In this document: positions 50,987-62,251 of the stretch, piece after piece
How the letters are laid out: each line of letters starts with the position of its first letter
Position numbering within the stretch: the stretch's first letter is position 1
From: Phoronis australis
Taxonomy: Eukaryota > Animalia > Phoronida
Length of the DNA: 64,000 bases
Direction of reading: 5' to 3'
Assembly: GCA_002633005.1 (NCBI GenBank)
Contig: NMRA01000145.1
Location: 45,785 to 109,784 of the forward strand
Translations under genes and position numbers: made by a program
Notes under the pieces: model-generated
Told to the model about the DNA's origin: nothing
Seen by the model: the letters and a program-made list of their open reading frames with translations, nothing else
Database searches by the model: none

Positions 50987-52395
50987 AGATGCATCTCACA
51001 TCATAGTCATATTGACATCAACATGAAAGAAAAGCAAAGCGTTGTTAGAATCTAGTATATCCAACAAGATTTCTTGACAATGAAAGAGCCAGTGATTGAA
51101 AACGTCCACTGACCACCAGCAACTCGTAAAAATATGTAGTATGCTGCATGAATTAAGTTTGAAAATACTAAACAGAAACCATAAACTACAGAATACTACG
51201 TAGGGTCACAAGCCAGTGCGTATAACCTTGAGCAGGAACGGTGCTTGAAAACTGCTTAATCCATAAATAATAGATACGCAGTGTATGTACAAATTTAGAA
51301 TTAATTTTCAATGCAACGTCAGTCACCCAACAATTTGTTAAACTATTTTATACACATTAACACGTCTATTTGAACTACAAGTCAAAAAAGAAGAGCAGCT
51401 TTTAAATTTGTAATTTAATAAAGTCACAGGGCTCACATCTACTGTTGTAGTTGTGGTCAAACAAGTGTGACTATCAGGTGACAAAACCTGCAGGACTGCA
51501 TTGAATAACCGAGATCGAACCAGTGTCAGGGCAGAAACACAGTGATTAAATTTTTGGGTAAGTGTAGTTACACTGCATTGAGCAGTGGTAGATGATAAAT
51601 GAAACATTACCAACGGATGATTCAACGGCCATGTCAGATGACTTTAACTCTGATGTAAGAGGAGCCTCTTTGTAAACTGCACATTTGATCTTTTCAAACT
51701 TCGAGTTAATCACTTCTGTAGTTAACAGACCTTGAAGTATTACTCTTCAATATTTTGGTTGTCATAATTATCGCAAAGCTGTACTACAAAAATTGTAAAC
51801 AAGTATAGTTCTTAATAATAAGAGAAACTGTGTACTATGTTTAAATCAAAAAGCTCAGAAAGGTGACCATTTGAATACACCGATAAATTTATGTTTGGCA
51901 TATGTCGGGAGTACAATACGTTGAATGCAAGCCCCTTACCAGAAAAGGAAGACTGAGGTTGGTGAAATAAGGTCATTTGTTGTGACAAAATAAAATACAA
52001 TAAATGTGATGAAAATAAGATACAATATGTCAAATAAAATTATCTCTGGTCAGATGGGAAATAACAAGCACAATACATTACATATGAGAAGGTGCTAAAA
52101 GTTATGAGAGGAACAGGGTGAGTAAAACTGAAATATTTAGACACGTACCAATAGAACTGGAACAGGCCTTTATGCAGCGTACGTCCTGGGCGTCCAAAGG
52201 AACGCCCTAACACTAATCTGGACTGCCCTGGCAAGGACACCCAATGTATCATTTGGACGCCCACTGTCAATAGGAACCTTTCAAGTTTTGACTCACACAT
52301 TGTAATGAATACTAGGAAGTCTCTGAAGGCTAACAGTGGGGGCTCTTTTTTCAAAGCAGGAAGAAATATACAATGTATGTACAAAGTATATGCAT

Positions 52396-53919
52396 CAGGG
52401 CTCAACACTAACGGTTGCCCGATTGCCCGTGTACTTGTAGATTTTGCGTCGGGCAAGTGGAATTTGAAAACTACTTGCCCGATGGGCAAGTTAAAAAGCT
52501 GGCCGCATAGACAAGCAGATCCTAAGATTGTCTGCTTGACTTTTGCTCCGAAGTAACGAACCCCGACACAAGCCTAAAAACCATCGAAAAAGCCCGTGTG
52601 GCCGTCAAAGAAACTCAAGTCTTCGAATGAGCACCGAAAGGAAAATAGAACGAGTGTGATGCAGCATGCACAGATGACACCCGCGGTCAAATCCTTTCGA
52701 TTCTCTGAACGTGCCCTGCAGTTTCTGAATAAGTTGTCACGTGATACTACTGATCGTCTGCACTCTGGCAAAACGTCCAAACAAGAAAGCCGTCCAGATG
52801 CTAAAAAAAGAGTTCAGGAAGAATCAAAGCAACAATATGAAACGAAAAGAGTGCGGGAATGGTTTCCGTCATGGGAAGTTAGGTTTCCTGGCCTGCGAGA
52901 CAGTGAACAAGGGATGACGTGTGATTTTTGCCGGCGTTTACCCATGTATGATGTACCGAGCTGGAAGCACCGCGTTCGTCAGCGGATGTAAGTCATACAG
53001 ATAAGCGCAAAAGCTAAAAAGTGAATGATTGACCACATATTTTCTACACTACACAGCAGTTTTCAAGGCCTGGTATTTATTCAGGGGGAATTCCAAAGGA
53101 CATTCTTATGAATTCAAGGCTCCCGCTGGCGACTACCAAAAGAAGAGGAATTGTCGCTCTGAAGGGCGACTTTTTCGCGGCCTATCTATTTTTCAAAAAT
53201 GTAATTATTTATTGAAAATAAAAGTATATGTGGCATTATTATATGTTAAAATTTGATTTTAATTTAATACAAGGTACTGATGACCAAAACTGTGCAAGAT
53301 TTTTACGGATAGCAAAAATTCAAATTCAGGTTAAGCAAACTTTAATGCATGAGGGCGTATAAACTAATGAATACACAGAAGTGTCTAGAGTTCGACATGT
53401 CCTAGCTCATTTCGGCGCCTGTGAGCGTGAAACAATGGTTCAGATACCATAGTTACCAGGGGCGGATCCAGGGCAGGGAATAACCAGAATTTCGGCAGAT
53501 GCGCGCGCTCAGGCTAAATTGTGGGGACGCAGAGGCCTCGAATGAGGACCTGTTGACTAAGAAAAAAAGGTAAACGGGTTTGTTCAGTTTGTTCAGGGCC
53601 TATGCGTTGTATATCACCCCCGATGAGCCCCTGCTTGCCCGCACCCGAACTCCCAAGTGGTATCTGGTAGAATTTCAGGGGGAGCCATGGCCCCCTTGCC
53701 CCCCCTAAATCCGCCACTGGCAATTCATGTATATAGCATGCACGACACAAGAGGAGGTTCAGCACAGGCAGCCCTACGGTAACACATTACCTAGGTGTGC
53801 ACATGCACGGTGCTATTTGGGATTGTACTTGGGGCAAGTGAATTTGTTGTTCGGGCAAGTAAAAATTTCAACTACTTGCCCGAAGGGCAGGTGGCTTAAA
53901 AAGTTATTGTTGAGCCCTG
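52396..53919 (+). mobile_element. Non-autonomous hAT-like DNA transposon with 5-bp TSD (hAT5-like), carrying a transposase N-terminal zinc-finger remnant
   Basis: TIRs cagggctcaaca / tgttgagccctg; TSD tgcat on both sides; subterminal ttgccc/gggcaa repeats; REWFPSWEVRFPGL..SEQGMTCDFC resembles TTF/ZNF862-type fingers. Confidence 0.85.
53457..53719. mobile_element. GC-rich MITE-like segment (caggggcggat...atccgccactg) inside the 5-bp-TSD element
   Basis: Inverted termini; replaced by unrelated sequence in the 62 kb copy; no clean TSD. Confidence 0.6.
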
Positions 53920-54835
53920 TGCATTGTTGCTATTTTGACATTTGATTGACAGCATTGTAAGTCTCCATCTACACAGGTTTTTTTAGTAAAAATGCTCACC
54001 ATAGAAGGCTGTTTTATAAACTTAGATGTAAAAACCTTGATCTATGCATTTTTTGTAAAAAAATATGTGTGTTTGGGGGTATTGCTGGGGGTGGGGGGTT
54101 ACGCGTCAGAATCATAGACGCCCTGGAATATTGGGAACCCCATTTTGGACACCCTATGTTCAAAATCCTGGATAAAGGCCTGAACTGGAACATGTGAAAG
54201 GTACAAAAAGGAAATTCCTATAGACACATGGCAGTCATCAGCGTTTAAGAGTCAGGAGTTGACCAAACTCAATGTACCGGATGGATAATATAGACCAATT
54301 TTTAACAAGGCTGGGAATATTAAACGTGTACCAAGAATTAGTATACAGGTCCCACTTGAGGAAAAAGGGGTGTAAGATACAGGAATCCCTATAGTCACAT
54401 AAATATATTTAACAAGTGAAATACCATTTTCCAAACAAAAACACGAGTACATTTCAGGAAATTTATGGATAATTTATCAAAGATCGAAGAGTTTTAGAAA
54501 TCAGAATTTAAAATTGGTAAAATCTACAAGTTTTAGTAAAATTCCGATCCTGACATCATTTAAAGTGAATGCATGATCGACAATAATTTGTTGAACAAAA
54601 GAAAGATGTTCACTACATGTGTGTAGTTCAAAAGAATACATAACCAAAGTCAGTCCTCAACAGCTTTGTCACGAATGAATTTGACAAAAACATAATCTTT
54701 ATAAACTCCCAGGATATGATAAAACCTAAAATACAGATTCAAATGGTAGATTTTGTTTCCATAAATTTGAAAAACTGAACCAATTGTTTTCATTACATTC
54801 TAGGATCCAAGTGGAACAGAGAAGTGGTCCCCAAA

Positions 54836-55825
54836 ATGAATACAACAACAAATTACACTCTCCGAAAATCATGGAGCACCTGGTCAATCTACAGCTACAG
54901 TGTCCTTGCTGTTGCCATTGTCATCACAAATGGCATACTCATCACTGTAATTGGCAGCACGAAATCGCTTCATGTCAACCGACACATATACGTGTTCGCT
55001 CTCGGATTGGCAGACTTCAGTGTTGGATTAATTGCTATACCCATTATACTGATATCTTCCGAGATCAAACTCTCCAAAAATCCGTACTACTGTCTAGCAA
55101 TGATCAGCGTGAACTTCTTTACAATATTTATGTCAGTATGTGTGTTATTCCTTCTCGCACTTGACAGGTGCTTTTTCATCACCAAACCATTGCGGTACCG
55201 CATATGGGTGACAAAATTCAAGACAATCATGGCACTTGTAATAGTCAACACAAGTATCTGTGTGTGGAGTTTCGCGCCCCTGTTTGGATGGAACAAACTT
55301 TCACCTGGCCTCATAAAAGTAGAGAATCTAAAGTGTAATTCAATACATATAGTGATGCCAACTTATTTTTTGATATCAATGGTTATATACTTCATCATGC
55401 AGAGCATACAGATCACATGTTTTGCATTCATAGCACACACTGCCTGGCGACACCGAAGAAATGTTAACAAGATGAGATCCTCTGCACAAACTCAACCCAA
55501 TAAACTACCCATAAGTCCCCGAGCTACTGTGGTGCTAGCACTGTTAATTTTTACATCTGCAGCAGGCTGGATTCCACTTATGATTATCAACGCATTAAAC
55601 TTAGATTGGTCCACATCGGGTGAGGTTAAAACGTTTCATTTGAACAAAGAGAAGGATGTATTGATGCTCATAGCACTGTTGACATCGCTGATAAACCCGC
55701 TTGTCTATGGATTTGGAACCAAGGCAATACATGAAGCTACTCTGAAGATGTTCCAAAGTAAATGCTACAGAAGAGAAACACGGTACACTGACAATAGAGA
55801 GATTACTGTAGTTACATCAGTGTGA
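54836..55825 (+). CDS. Class A orphan GPCR, array copy 5
   Basis: Intact 7TM ORF with the same motifs; flanks homologous to copy 4. Confidence 0.93.
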   Translation: MNTTTNYTLRKSWSTWSIYSYSVLAVAIVITNGILITVIGSTKSLHVNRHIYVFALGLADFSVGLIAIPIILISSEIKLSKNPYYCLAMISVNFFTIFMSVCVLFLLALDRCFFITKPLRYRIWVTKFKTIMALVIVNTSICVWSFAPLFGWNKLSPGLIKVENLKCNSIHIVMPTYFLISMVIYFIMQSIQITCFAFIAHTAWRHRRNVNKMRSSAQTQPNKLPISPRATVVLALLIFTSAAGWIPLMIINALNLDWSTSGEVKTFHLNKEKDVLMLIALLTSLINPLVYGFGTKAIHEATLKMFQSKCYRRETRYTDNREITVVTSV

Positions 55826-56929
55826 AGACAGCGATAAGCACACAGGATCCAAAATGAGAACTTTCAACCTACTAACATTTTGAGACTCCTGTTTCACCTG
55901 AGGACAGTCTCCGAGCTATTTAATGGTGTTGAAAGTGACATCTATTTGTTGGGTAGTATAACGCCCACTGTACCATACTAGAAACTGGAAACTCTTTAAT
56001 GCTCATCTGGCAGATGAGAACACAGCAATCTATGCCATCTCTCCTACTCAAGCATGCCAGGGAACTGATGAGGATTAATTTTGTAAATTTTTCTATGGAG
56101 ATCAAGAGTCGCCTGAGAAGCAATCCACAGGATACACCACAAGCAAGAATGAACATGCTAGGTACGGAAACACAGCACTGAACAGACTGTGCCTAGTACG
56201 TAACTGACCTGGAGCATTGAATCCTGCAGAGGCTTTTTTTCCTCACAATACATAAAGGGATGCTGTGGCACAATGAGGATGTAAACCAGAACAATACCTG
56301 ATGGTAGAATAGAACGGGTAACAATAAAAATGCCAAATTATTACAGACACGACAGGGAATCCAAGAGACACCACACATTAGCCACAGCAAAGAATAAAAA
56401 AGCACAGCCCTGTTGGGGAAATTAAAGACTATGTTGCACACGATTTCAGGGTGCTAAAACATGTTATAGAAGCCAATTCTGACGAAATGCGTCAGCAAAA
56501 AAGCCCTAAAAGTCAGCACTTGTGACGATTTAGAGCCGAGTTTTACTCTGCCATTTTAGCTTTGTCGGAAGCGAGATGCATTCAGGAATGATTGAATAAT
56601 GAGACAGTCTTATTTCACCAGTGCTATTTAGTGAGTTTGACAGGGACTGAAAATTGGGCAAACATGGGGTAAAACTCAGGAAATATTGAAAATAAAATGA
56701 TAAATGCAAGAAAACTAAGACACCTCAGTCAGCAACAAAGGCGAAGACTTCCGTGAACAAGCACATATTATTTGCGGTGGTAGTGAGAAGCAATGTGTGA
56801 TAAAGTGAAGACATTAAGTCTTGAAATATGTACGCAATTGGAATTTAGTAAATAGATTTTCCAATTTTCCACCACAGTCTTTGGTGACTTCAACCAGACT
56901 TTATGGCTTGAACAGTTGTAGTTAATAAA

Positions 56930-58140
56930 ACCCATTGGGAATACTGCAAGCCGATATGTCCAGATTCTTGTCAAAAATATTGATGGGCCAGTTTCAGCAA
57001 TTATTGGTGGACATGTGCAATCAAACATGAACTTACTTATCGGAGTTCTCAAAATGTTTTTGTGTTACAACGAAATATAGATTTAATATGGTCATCAATA
57101 GCTGTTAATTTACATAGCAAGTGTAAATGCAAAAGTTGGACATTAAATCTTGTTGTTTAGGATGGTTTTTCAAACCTTAAGTTTCTACAATGTCCTGAGA
57201 GGTCATGTCCTATAATGGTAACTCTGAGTATCTCAAAATTTGATGAATTTTTAGTCTGTGGAACTTGCAGGCTATTTCCTTCTATCCGTGATTGCTTGGT
57301 CAAATTAGTTAGAAACACAACGTATACCGACAATGTGAATATCAAGTACATTGAAAATTGCCAGACGTTTTTAAAAATGAGTTTTGTGTATGCATCGAAA
57401 ATGATCCACCGTAAATATCGTGACTTAGGTGTTGGGGAATAACACTGCATGATGCGAGTTATGTGAGCCCCCAAGGTATGCCATTAGTGCAAAGATCACC
57501 CATTTGCAAATTTTTTTGTTTTCACATTTACAAGTTGTCAATGAATACAACTGCACTTTGTTTAGCGTAGATGATGTTCAAACAGCATTGCCGTTTAGTT
57601 CCTGCTATACATTAGCATAGCTGGGGTGTGCAAAGACTTCATTCTTTAAATCACAATGAACAGAAAATAGTATCTTATGCCTCAACAAGTGCAGATTGTA
57701 GTGAAAAAACAGAGACTTTAGTCAAATTTTATAGCTTGAGTAGTTGTAGTCAAAATAGGTCATGGGGAATACCGTAAGAGAATGTGTCCAGATTCCTGTC
57801 GAAAATATTGATGGGCCGTGTCAGCAATCATAGGTGGACATGTTTAATCAAACATGAGCTTACTGGTCTCAAAATGTTGTTTCATGTATTATGAAGAAAT
57901 ATAGATTTAATATGAACATCAGAAGTGTTGTTAATTTTTTTAGTGTATATGCAAAGGTTAGAGCTTAAATCTTGTTATTCAAACCTCAAGTTCCTATGAT
58001 GACCAGAGGGGGCATGTACTATAATGGCAACCCTGATTCCCTGAAAATTTGATGAATTTTTAAACCACAATCAGCAGAAAGAGAGTATATTGCGTGTACA
58101 AAATTAATATACCTCAATAAGTGCAGATTGTAGTCAACAA
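56930..58140 (+). repeat. Imperfect tandem duplication between copies 5 and 6
   Basis: tgtccagatt..tgtc.aaaatattgatgggcc at about 56957 and 57785; cctcaa.aagtgcagattgtagt at about 57680 and 58112. Confidence 0.7.
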
Positions 58141-59086
58141 ACAGAAGAGTGTGAAAATGAAGCACTCAAGACTGACTATTAGTAAGTAAGTAATAAATGA
58201 CCTTTTAAACACAGCTCCTTACACAGCACAGTAACAAGTCCCCTGTGATTCAAATGTTAAGCTGAGTATTGATGACAAAAGGCCAAGTCGACATGATGAG
58301 ATACGCCTTGTCACTAGATGGCGATAGGGTAGTTGGTAGGCAGTGTTCTGCACTCTTGCATGAATTTGAAGCAGCGGGATATTTTACAATTTTTTGTAAA
58401 TTCTTTGCCACCACCATGACATCACATTACCACGGTTGCGCAAAAAGATATCTAAACGATTTGTGTAAAAATGTCCATTAAGAATATCCATGAATGAAAG
58501 AATTTTTGTACTCTATATGAAATACATTTTCTATGCAACAATATCGTTTTAATTGGCCCTGAGAAAAAATAGTTGTATAACGAAGCACGAAAAATAAATA
58601 AACTAAAAGTGCTTAACAACACAGGAATTACTAAAATAGCACTGTGGCAAGGTGGACAGTGAACAGAATATGAAAGAAAAGACCTCTTAGCTCAAATTTC
58701 CCTTGGGTGTTATTTATTAAAACATTTACCCTTTTTCTAATTATCAAGATTAGATTTAAATTGCAAATCGAAATAACATCACGTCTAACTAAAACGTTAA
58801 AGCAATTCAAATAAATACATAAATTTGATAGATTTCTATGATAATGCATAGATAAAGACATCTAATACCAAAATAATAATGTCACATGTCTGATGTCATA
58901 ATGAGACACTGACAGTGTACCCAACAGTACCACAAGAATTACTTTAAAAAATGACCAGAAGTCTGTAGATGAAGACAAGGCTATAAATAACAACAGGGCG
59001 TACTTAATAAAGGAGCTGGTTCTGCAATCAAATGTGGAGACCAAGATATGGCATCAAAGTTATTTGGATAATGCCATGAAAAGAAG

Positions 59087-60064
59087 ATGAATAGGACTGA
59101 GGTCGAATCACCCGTGTGGTCACTTTATTGCTATAGCTTTCTTGCCATTGTCATACTGATTGCAAATGGAATACTGCTCACGGTGATTGGCAGGACAAAA
59201 TCACTCCACACCAACCAAAATGTGTTCATTTTCTCACTTGCACTTGCTGATTTTTGTGTAGGACTGGTTGCGATACCGGTTTTACTGGTGTTCAGGCATA
59301 CTGACTTCAGCGAAAAACCACACCTCTGCCTGGCTATGCTATCTTTGTACTTCCAGCAAAGTGCACTGCCAGTAAGTATATTGACACTTCTCGCAATGGA
59401 CCGGTGTGTCTTCATTATGTTACCACTGCGATACCGCACCATGGCAACGAAATGTAGGGCTATCGTCTTACTTCTCTTTAAGGTAAATGGAACATTGTTT
59501 TGGTGCTACCTCCCATTGTTCGGATGGAACAAACTTTCACTGGGACTCACTACAGAAGAAAATCTAATTTGCCTTCCAATTCATTTGGAAGTGCCTGCAT
59601 ATCTTCTGCTCATGGTAATTTTTTTCGTGATGGACGTAACCATGCAGGTCATTTGTTTCTCACTCATTGCCTACACAGCCTGGAAACATAGAAGAAAAAT
59701 CAAGCAGGTGCGACTGAGTGGTCTGGAAAGGCCAGCTCCAGCAGCACTAAACATCAGAGCGATCATGGTGTTGCTTTTGCTTTTATTCACATCAGCAACA
59801 GGTTGGCTGCCAATGCAATTATTCAATGGCTTACAAACTGAATGGTTTGGGTCAAATCAAGCCAAAGGGTTCGGCTACACAGCAAAAAATGTCCGCGACG
59901 TCTTTGTGTTTGTCGGATTGTCAACATCGTTGATTAACCCGTTAATTTATGGATTTGGGACCCCTGCTGTCAAAGAGGCTGCTAAGAAATTGCTCAGAAT
60001 GGACAATTCTTGCAGGGCAGAGATGTACCGAAATAGAAACATAAGATCAACTACAGCTTTGTAA
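59087..60064 (+). CDS. Class A orphan GPCR, array copy 6 (most divergent)
   Basis: LALADF, DRC, LPLRY, PLFGWNKLSLGL, GWLP, INPLIY. Confidence 0.93.
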   Translation: MNRTEVESPVWSLYCYSFLAIVILIANGILLTVIGRTKSLHTNQNVFIFSLALADFCVGLVAIPVLLVFRHTDFSEKPHLCLAMLSLYFQQSALPVSILTLLAMDRCVFIMLPLRYRTMATKCRAIVLLLFKVNGTLFWCYLPLFGWNKLSLGLTTEENLICLPIHLEVPAYLLLMVIFFVMDVTMQVICFSLIAYTAWKHRRKIKQVRLSGLERPAPAALNIRAIMVLLLLLFTSATGWLPMQLFNGLQTEWFGSNQAKGFGYTAKNVRDVFVFVGLSTSLINPLIYGFGTPAVKEAAKKLLRMDNSCRAEMYRNRNIRSTTAL

Positions 60065-62251
60065 ATCAGTTTGTATTTCTATCAGTCATTACCAGTATAT
60101 GGACTGAACTCAGCTTGAGAAAACATAGGAAGAGGTCCTGAGATGGAGGGGGAAAGTTATGTTTTGCAAATGTCTACAATTAACACAAACACAGGATGTT
60201 ACTAATCAGTCAATTAAGCTTATAAAATTAGCATGCTTGAAAACTGAACACTACACTTAACTGTGGGAGAACCACAATATTAACATGAGCCATCAAAAAC
60301 ATTTCTGAATATATGCAGGGATATATTATACATACCAAAAGAAAGTATTAGAATTTTTGCACCTTGTTCTTAGATATACCAGTAGCGATAGATACCTTTC
60401 GTAGAAAAACTTTAGTGTACCACTCTTCATCTTCGCCAACAGATGGCTCACTAGAAAGTGAGATGGCTGACACTTTGTGTCCACCACATCATCAATGATA
60501 GCCTTTTTGTTTCACAGGTTACTTTGCCATGTACAGTTACATGATGGCATAACTTCCAGTTACTTATAGTAGCTTTTTATATTACATACTATTAGTTAAT
60601 ATTGTGGTAACTGTGGACTAGATACTGAAATAAAAAGGAATCAATGACTTATTGCTTGTACCTCTTTGTATTATGGTAAAAGTTACCCAGTTTGGGAGTC
60701 TAGAATTTAGGACAGCAAAAGTTAATTTTCTCCATTCTGGAATATGAGGATATGGCGATTTGGCGTCATATTTTGAAAATTTCAGACAATGTATTTTCAA
60801 TCTACAGAACCCGTAATTTTGAAGTCTTTCCAGTGATTATTGAATTTGAGACGGCCATACTGCATTTCATAAATTTGGGACAAGCTCCGACCTTGAAGAA
60901 AATAATCAATTTTTTGCTGTCCCGAGTTACAGAATTTTTACCCTTAATAAAAAGAGCACCAACTTTGTTTATCACAAACGGCAAGGAAATACCAGAAATG
61001 CAAAGTTTTAAAATGTGCCCACCACTATATCGCAAATGGTAAGCTTCTGGGAGCGTAACAACAAAAAAATTGTTCAAAAATACCAGGTAGAAACAGCCAT
61101 TCAGTGGTATGGAATTTGTTGAAAATAGAAGGGGCTGTTGTTTGCATAATAGAAAAAAATTGTCAAATTTCATGAAAAAACATGAAGGAACTCTTGAAGA
61201 TAAAACGCTGGAAAACGAAAAAAACTTAAAACTTGCCATGAACGGGCACAACAGTTACTGTAGACGAATTCGTAATAAATTTTGGATGTCATTTGATGCT
61301 ACATTCACAGGAAATAATTTTCCAAATTTTACAAAGATCCTGCCAAGAATTAACAACAAATAAGCTGCAAAGGCAAACTAACAAAATTGTCAATAGGAAG
61401 CACCACAGAAACTGCACTGAAAATCGACATTCGTTGTGTTCTTCTTGGGAATAGCACATCTGCCAATTTTCATATTGACCCTTCCAGCAGTTTGGAGGAT
61501 AGAAATATAGACAACCCAATACAGAATCAAAAATAACACAAATGGACACTAAATGGCACGAGTCTGTCTTGAAATGCCTCCAGAATAGAGGCTCATTTTC
61601 GAATTTCATGAAAGTTTGACAAGGAACTCCGAATATGCAGGTCTAAGTAAATGCAAAAAATAGCCAATTGGGGGCAGAGTGGAAGTCACATCAGTATAGG
61701 AGTCCTGTTGTCATGGGAAAACACTTGCCAAATTTGACAAAGATCTTGCAAGAGTTAAGAAGATTCAGCAGCAAAACCTAAAAATGCCACTGGAAGGCAC
61801 CACAGTAGTTGAACCCGTTCAAAAATGAACATCGGGCATGATCTTCTCCACAGGAATACTACTGCTAATTTTTCATAATTCTTTAAGCCATTTGATAGAT
61901 AGTAAGGTTGATGCCAAACCAGAGGCACATCAAACCAATCCAAAAATGCAAAGTTGCTTCCTTTCTGCCACATTTCACGCGAGGCAGCGGTGACTGGATC
62001 TGTCTGGTCGTGGGGTTTTGGAGAGGCAGCAGATGCCAGACGCCCAGACATAGCTGACAGCACTATGCACCCATGCAAATAGGTGTAAGTGGCCACACAC
62101 AAACTAAAATCCCCATAGACTTAACCACCAAAACCCATGTGATTATCACATAACATTAAGTATGCATAATATTAAATAACAAAATGAAAGTCCTCTGAGG
62201 TGCAACACTTGGCGAAATCAAAAAATAACTTAAAGGTGATGTTGACGACAA

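Larger units (their letters stand above)
52163..54182. mobile_element. hAT-type MITE with 8-bp TSD, host of the nested element
   Basis: TIRs caggcctttatgcag / ctggataaaggcctg; TSD aactggaa; empty paralogous site (caatagaactagaacatgtg) at about 44462-44481. Confidence 0.85.

Noticed and set aside
50739-50987. ORF with two 31-aa repeats
   Set aside because: It reflects 93-bp subterminal repeats of the 49372-50986 element.
31107-55314. Recurring antisense ORFs MRPSESLFHPK... and His/Cys-rich alternative-frame ORFs (MEHLVNL...CPCCCHCHH)
   Set aside because: Shadows of the duplicated GPCR coding sequence; no independent evidence.
33519-60064. Opsin or biogenic-amine receptor identity (suggested by PLFGW)
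   Set aside because: No Lys at 7.43 and no Asp at 3.32 in any intact copy.
60360-60520. Possible upstream WDR90 exon (GGHKVSAISLSS on -)
   Set aside because: No match to the expected preceding WD repeat beyond a GH, and no convincing acceptor in the required phase.
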